A stretch of 64,000 nucleotides of DNA, taken from the NCBI GenBank assembly GCA_040954595.2, contig CM082578.2, positions 4,818,831 to 4,882,830 of the forward strand, given 5' to 3'. Below are positions 38,192 through 48,857 of this stretch, piece by piece. Under the pieces are notes generated by a model. The model ran no database searches. It was not told where the DNA came from and saw only the letters and a program-made list of their open reading frames with translations. Source of the DNA: Balanoglossus misakiensis. Lineage: Eukaryota > Animalia > Hemichordata. A program made the position numbers and the translations under genes. Every line of letters begins with the position of its first letter. The stretch's first letter is position 1.

Positions 38192-41100
38192 ATGAAAGTG
38201 TATCAGGCACTACTGGGATTGTTGGTTATGGAGGCATCATTGGCATTCTCAAAAGGTACTGTAACATAGTCAAAGACAAAATACCTTTATCCAGGAGATG
38301 AAAATGTGAAAATCTGGTTTGGATGGGCTGCTGGAGATTGTCTGATTGACCGTCTTTAACACTTCCTCATTAATGTTTACTTTGCTCATAGAAATTTTAC
38401 TGATTCGGAAAATTCATTGGGATCATGGAAAATAAGCAAGTTTGTTTAATTAATCTTTATTTCGAGTGTGTGCTCATACATAAAATACAATAAAGTTAAA
38501 ATATTTCTTTTTTAAACGTCAGACACAAAACAAAACAAAAAAGTTGAACATCGTTACAGAAATTTTTTTAACAAGACTAAATTAAAAACAGTCGGCAAAA
38601 GTTTTACGCTAAAAGTCTGTCCGTCTGTCTGTCTGTCCGCCCGTCTGTCTGTCCGTCCGTCTGTCTGTCTGCCTGCCTGCCTGCCTGTCTCTCTGTATGT
38701 CTGTCTGTCATATCTGAATGCTGCAATAACCACGAATATTGTTCTTTCACTGTACTTGTATGATAATCCAAACATACAGGGTAGTAGCTGAAGTAGTTTT
38801 TAATAGGCAACGCAGTTTTAATTTACAGTCACATAGACAACAAAGCAATCGCTACAACTTGCTACATTTTAAGCACGGTTACTAGAAGAGAAGCAAAGAC
38901 GCGTAAACAACCAGTATGTGGCCTGCTTGGTGAGATTAATGCATTTCCATTTTTTTCCACCAGGCTGTGCACCCCAATGGGACAACTTCGCGGACAAATG
39001 GTACTCTGCATTCCTCGAGAAAGTGTACACGTACGACGAGGCCAAGTCGATTTGTAGAGGCAAAGGTGGGGAGCTTGTCACTATCGATGACTCCCATAAA
39101 AACCTGTTTCTGAAAGGCAAGTAGGCTATCATTTATCAATCATTTGCCGAGGCACCTGATATGAATATCAAGTACTTGGCCACGCGACTGGGTCCCCTAA
39201 AAATAGGGCTAAAAAACTCGAAACAAACAATTATTAGTTCTTGATTATTTCATGCAATGTACTTGGTAATTAATCATGGTTAATGTCACAGGATGACCGC
39301 TTGCATCACATCACTTCTAATTATCATCTTTTGCATATCCCACGATTTCTTGTAAACCTCTCTCTTTGTCTTTGCTTGTCTTTTATTGTCTCTTTTAATC
39401 CCCCGACTTCTGACTTTCACGCTTTTGCCTTTATAACTACCGTCCGCTCTCCACTCACATTCATTCCACAATTTGCTGCCTCAATGTACGCCGCACTGCA
39501 CCCACCCACCCACGCCAGTTTTGTACAGACCTTTATATTATTTCGGTCTGGCTGCTTTTGCATTTGACTTTGTTGCATTTTTTTGTTGTTTCGGACATTT
39601 TTCGTTCTGGCCACTTTTACATTTTTTATTGTTTTGGACAATTTGGATTATTTCGACTTTTCATTTTGTTTGCCTTTCTTGTTTATTCGTATTTGAATAA
39701 AGTTAAGGGGAATTGCCGACCAGAACACACCTACCCCGGCCCGCTCGAGTAGCAGCGACATTGTGAAGCGCAGTCATATCAACAATGCCTCCCTCCATGA
39801 GGTCTTGGTTGCCATGACGCCGCTTGTGGGGCATCGGTGGTATACTCGGGTAGCACGCCACTGCCTCATGATGCTACTCTAAGTTAGAGAGTTTCATCAT
39901 GAGGTTGGACGGACTATGACATATTTGTACTTTTGGACAATTTATGCAGATTTTCGTAAAACAATCTTCGCTTGTTCGATCAAACAAAAATATGTGTTAT
40001 GCCCAGAAGAGAAAGCTAATTGCTTGACTAACTTTATTTAAAACCCATCAATATGGAACGTTTTGCAAATTTTGCCTGATATTACATTCAAACGAAAAAA
40101 GTAAAACTCATGTAAATATCCTTATTACCAAGGGTAATACCTCAAACAGTGGGGGATTCATGAACACCCAAGAATGTAATTGAAGAATGAATTAATTACA
40201 TGCTTGCAGCCGACAAATGTCTTATTGGTGAAGCTATGTTTAAAATCATGATGACTTAATTGAGGAAACCGAATTATATTATATCATGCTACCGTCCGCG
40301 ATTCTGATTGGACGAGAGCTGAATCCAGCCATGGTAAAATACTGTTTTACCATGGCTAGCAGTGGTAAAACGGGCCCCTGAACTAGCATACGGCAGCAAA
40401 ATGTGCGGTTAAACCACAGTCGCGCGTGTTTAAACCAAATAAATAAAACAAAAATAATGTTGAATGAACGGACGTTTTATTTTGGAACTGCTCTGTGGAA
40501 ATATTTGTCACTTTGCCACGCGCGATGCCCGTCTTGTCATTTTTTGTCGTCTGCTTCATGTTTAATGCTCGATCCCGGCTGGATCGCGGCCGCTCGTGTT
40601 TACATTCATCGTCGCCATGTTGGTTCACGATCGTAATTTCTCTTTCTGACGCCGTTTCGATGACACTGATATGCCACAAAAACAGTTGTTGATATAATAT
40701 AATAGCAATAACCCCCGCCTCAATCGGGTATACACTCGATTTGGGTACAATTCACTCCATATAGCACTTGCCTGACGGCTCGTGCTATATGTCTCGAATT
40801 GTACCAAAATCTCGTGTATACCCGCCTGCGGCGGGGGTTATTGCTTAAATAATATCCAAGACTGAAAGAAATACATTTAATATCGTTAAAAATCCACTGT
40901 ACAATTCCTTTCACAAATCCCCATCGGGGAGGCACTATAACATGATTGTTTACAAAATCCCTGTACAGTTGTATCTACATGTATTCTAAAGTCAAATGCA
41001 GTTAAACACTTTCTGGCTTTATCTGTGGGTGCGCATTTGGTTTTTGTCAAGTCGTCATGTCTGTGTTTATGTTAGTTTTATCTCAAACACCTTTTATTGT

Positions 41101-44024
41101 AAACTATTTTATCATTAATGCGTATATATACATCAAGTTTGAAAATTAATACTCCAAGCCAGGCAGTGTACATTTGCATAAGAGTCAACATCGAAACTCG
41201 ACTTCAAGACCCAATGAGCGATTTTCTGTGCTGTTGTTTTGGATAGATCATAGACCCATGGCGTTATTTTATTATAACATAATTAGGTTATACCATGATA
41301 TCCGGTAAACACGATTTGTGGATTGGTTTAAGTGACATCGAGAACGAAGCTGATTGGAGGTGGGAAGATGGCACTGAGGTTGGTGTTATACATTTCTTTG
41401 TCTATTGATAATATCGCATGCATGCAACGAAGCTTGTTCCAGTATTATTGATCAACAAGATTGGGTGTTCGATCGATGATTTGCTCTGCAATTACGCCTT
41501 CTTCGTGCATGATGGTGTTATTTGAAAGGATATCTGAATAGTCCAGTTTGCATGATGAGAACCACGCTTCTGATTGTCAAGAGCAATGACACGGGTGTTG
41601 CTAATAGTAGGAAAATAATTGGCATTAATTAGCAATGTCTGTTCCATTGTAACGGCCAATCAGTGAGTGTGTCACGTTAAGTAATTGACTTGAACGACGT
41701 CAGAGTCAAAACCATGTTGCCGTGACATCGCATTTTGAGTTCTATTGACATGCCAAATTTCGAAGATAGTAGGCTGCGTTTCCAGACCCTCTGTGTGCGA
41801 GTCTATCTGAAACACACTTGGGTCTGGATACTAGACTACAGGCGAGTTTTTTCATTCAACAGCTGTCATACAGAAACTGGGCCACATTAGAACCACAGCG
41901 TGCCGGCAGTTGGGACTGTGCTGTCATATCAGGAGTTAGTGACGGTTACTGGAAAACAAGTGACTGTGCAGAGAAACGAGGATTCATCTGTCAAAAATCT
42001 GGTGCGAATTTCTACATGAATTTATTCACTTTGGTCATTGGTTACACTTCTCACCCAATTACAAATCATTTTCTGAATTATTTCGCTGCAACATATCTGC
42101 TGGAAATGCTTATAGAAAGGGTAATATTATAATTTGTAGTAATCAGCTTTGTTATTGTTGAAAATCGACGTCAAGTCCCGACATTAAATATTTGTCAACA
42201 TAACATTTGCCTTTACTCATGTGCAGGCTTTGTTGGGGAGCTAAAATATAATTTTAGAAAATTAAGCTATCCAGAATAGAACAAGAAACTGGTGTTGATG
42301 CACGGGGAACATAGAAAAAATATCCGCAAATCAGTCGACTGCAACGTCCGTCGCCTGTTACTAAAATGTCTCGCCCATTTCAGGTCCATGTAAGTCCGGG
42401 CCTGTTGGTGTAGAGAATGGAGTTATACCAAATTCGCAGATGACGGCGAGCTCTAATTGGAATAGTAAGCACATGTCTCATCAAGGAAGGCTTAACTACC
42501 AAGGCCCATCTGGATATTCCCATTCGTGGTGTGTACTACACAACAACGCCGCACAGTGGTTGCAAATTGACCTTGGTGGGGATAGGAAGGTCACCAAGGT
42601 CGCCACACAAGTAAGTACACAACGCACAAAGAAAAAAATACTTTCCATAGTTGGTCAAAAAACCTAAGTGACTAAATAAAGGTCGCATGAAAAATAGCAG
42701 AACAAGAGCGCAACGCATCAAGGGTTTCAATTCAACCAAATGTTGCATGCATGTTTTACAGGTTACGAACATGCTGAGCTTATACATTATGACCGCACTT
42801 TGCTTCTTGTTAAATTTACTAGGGGCGAGGTGATTATTCTCAGTGGGTGACATCATTCAAACTCGGCTACCACAAGGAACACGGACAATGGACACATGTG
42901 ACTCGGGACGATGGCTCTGAAAAGGTATTAATGTAAAATTCGGCGGGTATAAGTCACGCAATTTTTTACAAAAACGAAAGCAAGTTGGCAGAATTTCCAA
43001 TATGGCGTTTACTGTAATTAGAATCATGGGAAAAAGAGCCAAGTCTTAACTTCCGCCCAACACGATGTGGTTGATACCATTTCCCGATAGCTCTTGATTG
43101 TTTATCAACTGCTGCAAAGTACAAACAATGGCCACAGGGATTTATTCAGGGATTTGATAATAGTCGGTCAGCTTTTTCTTCTTCTTCTGTCTTTCTCTTA
43201 CCCTAACGATTCTAACTTTTCTCTTACCGATACACTCAGGCTGCCCTACTCGTGCGATGCACCCTCTTTTGGTGTGTTCTTCCTACCACCTGACCTCCAG
43301 CTGACCTCCTACCTTGCCTTAAGACAAGGTAGGAGGTCAGGCGGTAGGAAGAGTTCACCAAAAGACGGCGCATTTTATCATGCATATAATTATACTGTGC
43401 CATTGTTAATACTGTGTACGAGCAGAGAAGCCTCAGAGTTCAGGTAAGAATCGTATCGGTAAGAGAAAGACAGAATAGCTGACAGACAACAAACTTATTC
43501 AGTTTCTATCATATAATTATTTCTAAACTTTCCCTTAATAAATCCCTGTGCAATGGCTATGCAAATATGCCCAGCCTAAGTGCAGTGACACTTATCGGAA
43601 AATGGTATCGTCCACATCATTTTTGATGGAAGTGAGACCTTGCGTTCGCCTCAACCCCCCCCCCCCCCCCCCTATGATTCAAATTACAGTAAACGCCATA
43701 TAGGAAATTCTGCAAACTTTCCCCCGTTTGTGTAAAAGAAATGGCACAACTTAATTAGCACTACGAAAAGTATATTTCGGAAAGAGTGACCTCAAAGCTA
43801 CCAATTATGTAGAAATCAGGTGGACCGGACTTCCCTTTGAATAGTCCTCACCCGTCGTCACCCTCTCTTTTATGTTTCAGATTTTCATTGCGAATTCTAA
43901 CAGGAACACAATCGTCTACCATGAATTGGGAGAGAAAGCATTCACTGCAGAATCTGTTCGGTTTTATCCAGTTACCTGGTATGGTGGTATCGCCATGAGA
44001 GTGGAAATCTATGCTTGCGAGTAG
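38192..44024 (+). CDS. Secreted C-type lectin + F5/8 type C domain protein, gene B (older paralogue), about 306 aa
   Basis: Exons 38192-38255, 38964-39116 (GC donor), 41287-41378, 41863-42001, 42384-42610, 42823-42924 and 43881-44024 (921 nt, phase-consistent, same intron positions as gene A). WIGLSD, EPQ, FICQK; GVENGVIPNSQMTASS, WLQIDLG, TQGRGD, MRVEIYACE*. Confidence 0.88.
40257..40848. mobile_element. Non-autonomous Crypton-like element with a long terminal hairpin
   Basis: Starts with ttaa..gattctgattgg; nested inverted repeat 40704-40846 (gcaataacccccgcc..gggtatacac..ggtacaattc..atatagcac and its complements) ending in ttaa. Family assignment is inference. Confidence 0.5.
42960..43740. 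mobile_element. Foldback/MITE with long imperfect inverted arms, hosting the element at 43133-43550
   Basis: gcagaatttccaatatggcgtttactgtaattagaatcat versus atgattcaaattacagtaaacgccatataggaaattctgc, plus inner arms. Confidence 0.7.
43133..43550. mobile_element. P-element-like MITE
   Basis: TIRs CACAGGGATTTATT / AATAAATCCCTGTG, 7-bp TSD caatggc, and internal inverted repeats. Confidence 0.7.
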
Positions 44025-44582
44025 GCATGCGCAGGATTCAATGCCATAGAGTTAGCATAACTGATTTCATTTTGTTGTTTATTTTCTGGCCGTCTTTGCC
44101 GATACTAACGAGTAACCTAAACTTGATCAGCCAATGATGTTTTTGAGACGGTCTACTTGATCTTAATTTTTTGGCTGTCACTTTTCTTTTGTCTTTAATT
44201 AAAATATCAATTCATGCACTGTGTTCTAGGTGTCCGTCAATTTTACTTGGACTTGCAGTTGATGAGAAAGTGTGCTGATGGAAACGTTAACGCGTGGACT
44301 GTTTGCAAATCGCTACACGTACAACGGGTTCACTATTTTCAGCAAGTATGCGTAGTCATAACATTCCAAAATACATTCTGATACTGCTCTCGGTGTTGTC
44401 GTTTTCGTTTTTTAAGTAAAATGTGGGGATTTGTGCAGAGAATGTGAAATGTGTTTTTCAAAAGTGGACCATTTCAAAATTATATCAACGAGAGAACAAG
44501 CCATACATGGTGTTTCAGACTTCAGTGAGTGAGTGAGTGAGTGAATATTATCTGATAAGAAATATCCCACTGCAAAAAAATC

Positions 44583-44631
44583 TGCGTTGGCAGGGAATCG
44601 AACCGGGGACAACCACTACACCACCAACGGC
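44583..44631 (-). pseudogene. tRNA-Gly(TCC)-derived pseudogene lacking the anticodon arm
   Basis: Minus strand reads CGTTGGTGGTGTAGTGGT joined to TGTCCCCGGTTCGATTCCCTGCCAACGCA, followed by a T-run. This matches the 5' and 3' parts of the metazoan tRNA-Gly-TCC consensus. Confidence 0.7.
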
Positions 44632-44698
44632 AGTTGGGAGAGATGTAGTCTGCACGCCAATTATTGCCCAACATACATGTTTATTGCAAAAAAATACA

Positions 44699-44740
44699 TG
44701 CGTTGGCCGGGAATCGAACCGGGACAATTGCTTGTTTGGA
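44699..44740 (-). pseudogene. 3' half of a tRNA-Gly(TCC)-derived sequence
   Basis: Minus strand reads TCC..CAAGCAATTGTCCCGGTTCGATTCCCGGCCAACGCA followed by a T-run. Confidence 0.65.
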
Positions 44741-45069
44741 TTTTGCCATGTGTCCCAATATAATGACGAAATAAATACTTCGTGGTGTCATAACAAACAT
44801 ATCTCGTGCAGGATAAAAGGATGATTTTCGGCCCTTTTATACCCCTCACCGGGATTTAACCGTAATACGATCTCATGTGCATTTTGGAGAATCTCTTCTC
44901 TCTAATCTTAACGCCGAAAAGCTATACATGTATACCAATATGGAATATACTCGAAAAGTAGGAACAAAATGTACCCCTTCTGTCAGTCATACAATCGAAT
45001 ATGTTGTGTTGTTTTACATGCAAGTGGTGAGGCGACAAAATACACACATCAGAGTGATACCTAGCTCTG

Positions 45070-45750
45070 GGGAAGTGTTAAATTGCGGGTTGCGGGTTGC
45101 GGGCTGCCGGTTGCGGGTCGCCGATTGCGGGTCGTAAAATATGGTTGTGTTTTGATAATGAAAGAGTAATAATATTATATGTCAACAGAAACGATCAAAT
45201 GATTGCCTCCCAGAAGTTCAATTTACGCGATTTGCGCCACAACTCCGGCAGCGGACTTTGACCCTCACACTCACTACTGTGTGCGCGGCCTCATTAGCAT
45301 AAATTAATCGGCCATAATCCCAGTCACTTCCAGTGGTAGTACTCGCTGAAATACGTAAACACTGAGTCCAGTGAGTTTTTCACGAAAGGAGTTTTGGGAC
45401 CAGAAATAATCAGAGTTCAGGCTTGTATAGGTCGTTTTATTGAATTACGCTCACTTTGCTTTCTGTTGCCGTTCAAATGTCTCTACACAAGTCGGGTCGT
45501 TGCAACTACACAATATAGAATGGGGTTGGCCCGCAGCTAGCTGTCCGTGGGAGTAATCAGCCCCTGCATGGAAACCATGTCGATCCGAACATATCAGCAT
45601 TATATCAGATCATTTCACAACCACAACGTGACACAGAGATGCATTCGATCATCGCTGCGATTTTTATTCTGATTTTATTTTTATTCATTGTCAACCCGCA
45701 GCCCGCAGCCCGCAACCCGCAGCCCGCAACCCGCACATTAATCACTTTCC
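45070..45750. mobile_element. MITE with 7-bp subterminal repeats and an 8-10 bp TSD (Merlin/Mutator-like)
   Basis: GGGAAGTGTTAA..(TGCGGGT)n and (CCCGCAR)n..TTAATCACTTTCC; ctagctctgg occurs at both ends. Confidence 0.7.
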
Positions 45751-46568
45751 TAGCTCTGGACTTATGCGCTGTTTGGGTCTACGCTGCTCTCCGTCCCCAC
45801 AGCTATGGAGCCATGCGTAGGAAACACCGTTGGGTGCGGAGCAAAATGATCCGCACCGATTTTCAAACAATAAACTACATGAACATGTACATAATGTTGT
45901 CAGAAATAAAGATCGAACGAAAATTTCACAAATGGGAACCTACTTGACGTGTTTGTCGCCGAATCGTAAACGTCGTTAACGCAGCGCCGTAAAACTGGTG
46001 ACCCTCCCATACAAACACGCCGAGTAAAACACGTGTCGATCACATGACTTAAATGAAGGTGAACGTCCATGTTTGCATGCTTCCACCTACATGGCAGGAG
46101 TATTTTCCACCCACGTGGTACATGTAGGTCATCATCAAACCATGCTCTGAAATTTTCATCGATGATTACTTTCCCCAGCCATCAACTCAAATTAGTTTAC
46201 TTACCTATATCAAGTTGTAATCCAGTTACTTTAACCAAACATTCCATAATTTCTATCGGAGCATGCCAGACACTCCTGTCACAGTAAGGTAATGATACAA
46301 AGGCAAACTGTTATATTTACTTTCCTGAGTTAATTTTCACGAAGTGTAGTAAAATATCTAATTATATGTGCCTCCCACACCAAAACACCGTACTTTCTCC
46401 GTATGTACACTGTAGCTGCACATGCGCTCTCGGTGGATGAGAGATGACCTTGGGTCATGTCATCAACACGCGACCTTACGTGAGCTGCCATGCCTCCCCA
46501 GGGATAAGCCTCACCACTGCCCAGTAGCTGGGCAGGAACTCTTCGACTCGCGCACTTACCCTATCTTC

Positions 46569-47095
46569 TAGTCTGCTTCCCTGCCCCAATCCCACCGCTG
46601 GCTGCGCTACGCTAAAGGGAAAGGGGTCAGGTACACAGGTAGCTGTGATATTTCTATGTCGGAGAATTATAGTGAGGTCATTGGTTATCCCGCAGAACGA
46701 GACTTCGTGCTCGTTCTGCGGGATAACCAATGACCTCACTATAATTCTCCGACATAGAAATATCACAGCTACCTGTGGTCAGGTACGGCCCGATTTCACT
46801 CCCAGAAACCTGGGTGTGAAACAAGATGGATGCCTCCAATGTCCGTATGCCAGTCAAGATTCATCCAGGCAGTTTATTTTGTTTCGTTTGTTGTAAAGTT
46901 GGAAATCGAATGATAAACATTCATGGAGGTGAAGGAGAGAACGGGAAATGAGTATCTTACAACAACTTATCAATTTAACAACTTAATTTTCGTATGTATT
47001 GACCAATGAGAGCCATGTTTACAATAGGCCGTGCCTGACCCTTTCCCTTTAGCGTAGCGCAGCCAGCGGTGGGATTGGGGCAGGGAACCAGACTA
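46569..47095. mobile_element. TAGTCTG...CAGACTA MITE with TIRs of about 60 bp
   Basis: tagtctgcttccctgccccaatcccaccgctggctgcgctacgctaaagggaaagggg and its reverse complement at 47034-47095. Confidence 0.85.
46634..46777. mobile_element. 144-bp perfect-palindrome P-like MITE nested in the previous element
   Basis: 68-bp perfect arms (46634-46701 and 46710-46777), CACAGG termini, 8-bp TSD gtcaggta. Confidence 0.85.
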
Positions 47096-48359
47096 TAATA
47101 GGTTCCCGCCCGTAGGCACGCATGTCAACGCATGTACATTCCCAAAAAGTTATATTAGAAACAATGAGACAGGCCTACAAGAGAAAAAAAGTAATGTCTA
47201 TTTCTACTTTTCAAAAGAAAACATACCCAGTATGCATAGTGATCGGACACATTCAAAACGAATGCGTTTCACTCAAAAAGTGAGGTGTTAATTTTGGCCT
47301 CGATTACGCGCCATAGATGTGTGCCCAGCGAGAGGTTCGCTACACAACACCAGACGGTGCTTCTCCCTTGCCAAACGGTTGAGGGCGCGTCAGTGAAGAG
47401 CTTGCTGTAGCGAACCTTGGGCTGTGAGAGAGTCTAGGTCCCGTAAACTTTAAGTTTCTCAATGTACACATTGATTGTTCTCACTTTCTCTCCTCCCATA
47501 CAAATCAAACTCATGCTGCTATCAAATTACGTTCAATCTGTGTTATAGCTGCGATTCTAACAAAGATGTTCTCACGCAGCTACTATAAATAAGCAATCTG
47601 ACGATGGTAGATTGACAAATATCTATGCTCAGGGACCCAGGCGATCAGTGTACTATACATAAAACAACCACATCACAAACAATCGCCTCACACTACGACA
47701 GCATACATGGCATAAGGTAAACCGTACCAGTCTGGTACCGCGTAAGTAAAAGACGTCGCCGTTCCCTACATCTGATATGAGTTCAGATTCGTAGTGCGTA
47801 TGCTGGGGTGATGCTTTCCAACTAATGCACCCCATGTAACTTCACATTAGCGAATCAGATTACGAATATCGGATACTAGTGATAAAAGAACTAGGCTACC
47901 GTGCTTGTTTATTCTGAGGCAATGAATATGCTTTCGTCTTTCCTCTTGTAGATACTGTCTACTCTTCTTGTCGCTTTGGAAGTAGGGTGATTGCTTCAGA
48001 GTGATTTTAGGGTCGTTCACAAAAAGCGGTGTCTTTGGCTTTGGTGGAGAAAAAACACCATCCAGATAATTATATAGTGAGGAATGTTTCCGATTGGCTT
48101 TGCCATGTGTTGCCCAGTTGGTTAGTTGGTGTCCATCTTCGAAGTCATCTCCCAAGTCCTTCTCTGTCTTGGTTGGTTTGGATGAGCTGCTGGAGGCATC
48201 GTTCTTGTGAACCCTCTGCCTAGCTATGCTTGGCTGTTGAAACCAGCCATCATCACTAACGCCCATCCTGAATCTTGATCAATTATGGGGCCTGGTTCGC
48301 CATCATCATCATCATCAGAGCTAATCAAAATGATATCATTACCAGATGACTCGGGAGTC

Positions 48360-48780
48360 AATTAATCCCCTTTACCTTAGATTTATAGTTTATTAATCAT
48401 CTGCCTCTTATCCCAACATATTGCTTGTCCAGCATTTGTTAATCTTCAATCCACTAATCCCATTTACCTTAGATTTATAGTCAATTATCTACCTCTTATC
48501 CCTTCACCTTATCCTGCTCAACATGTTTATCTCCCAATCCACTAATGCCCTTCTTTACCTAAGATTTATAATTTAATGTCAGTTATTTATCTCTAAATCC
48601 TACATATTGTCTTGTGCTGCATCTGTTAATCTTCCCGTCTAGTAATCCCCTTTTACCTTAGTTTTACAATTTGTCAATTTTCCCTTCACCTTGTCTTGTT
48701 CGGTGTCTATTTATCTTCAAATCCATCAATCCCCTTAAACCCTTCCCCTTAGATTTATAGTTTATTAATACTTTAATCCC
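48360..48780. repeat. Degenerate tandem repeat of about 90 bp just downstream of the P450 stop codon
   Basis: taatccc..tttacc(t)tagatttata recurs at about 48363, 48456, 48543, 48643 and 48728. Confidence 0.6.
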
Positions 48781-48857
48781 TACAATACTGGTTTCAATAT
48801 AACCAAAACCTTTCTTTTGTTTTAAGGCCTCCTTGTCCGTGGTCAAAGTTTGGCTTC

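Noticed and set aside
46476-46896. Two opposite-strand ORFs with identical N-termini (MIFLCRRIIVRSLVIPQNE)
   Set aside because: A trivial consequence of the perfect palindrome at 46634-46777.
47847-48266. 139-aa minus-strand ORF downstream of the P450
   Set aside because: No recognisable domain or splice context; its C-terminus runs into an interspersed repeat, so it cannot be supported as a gene.
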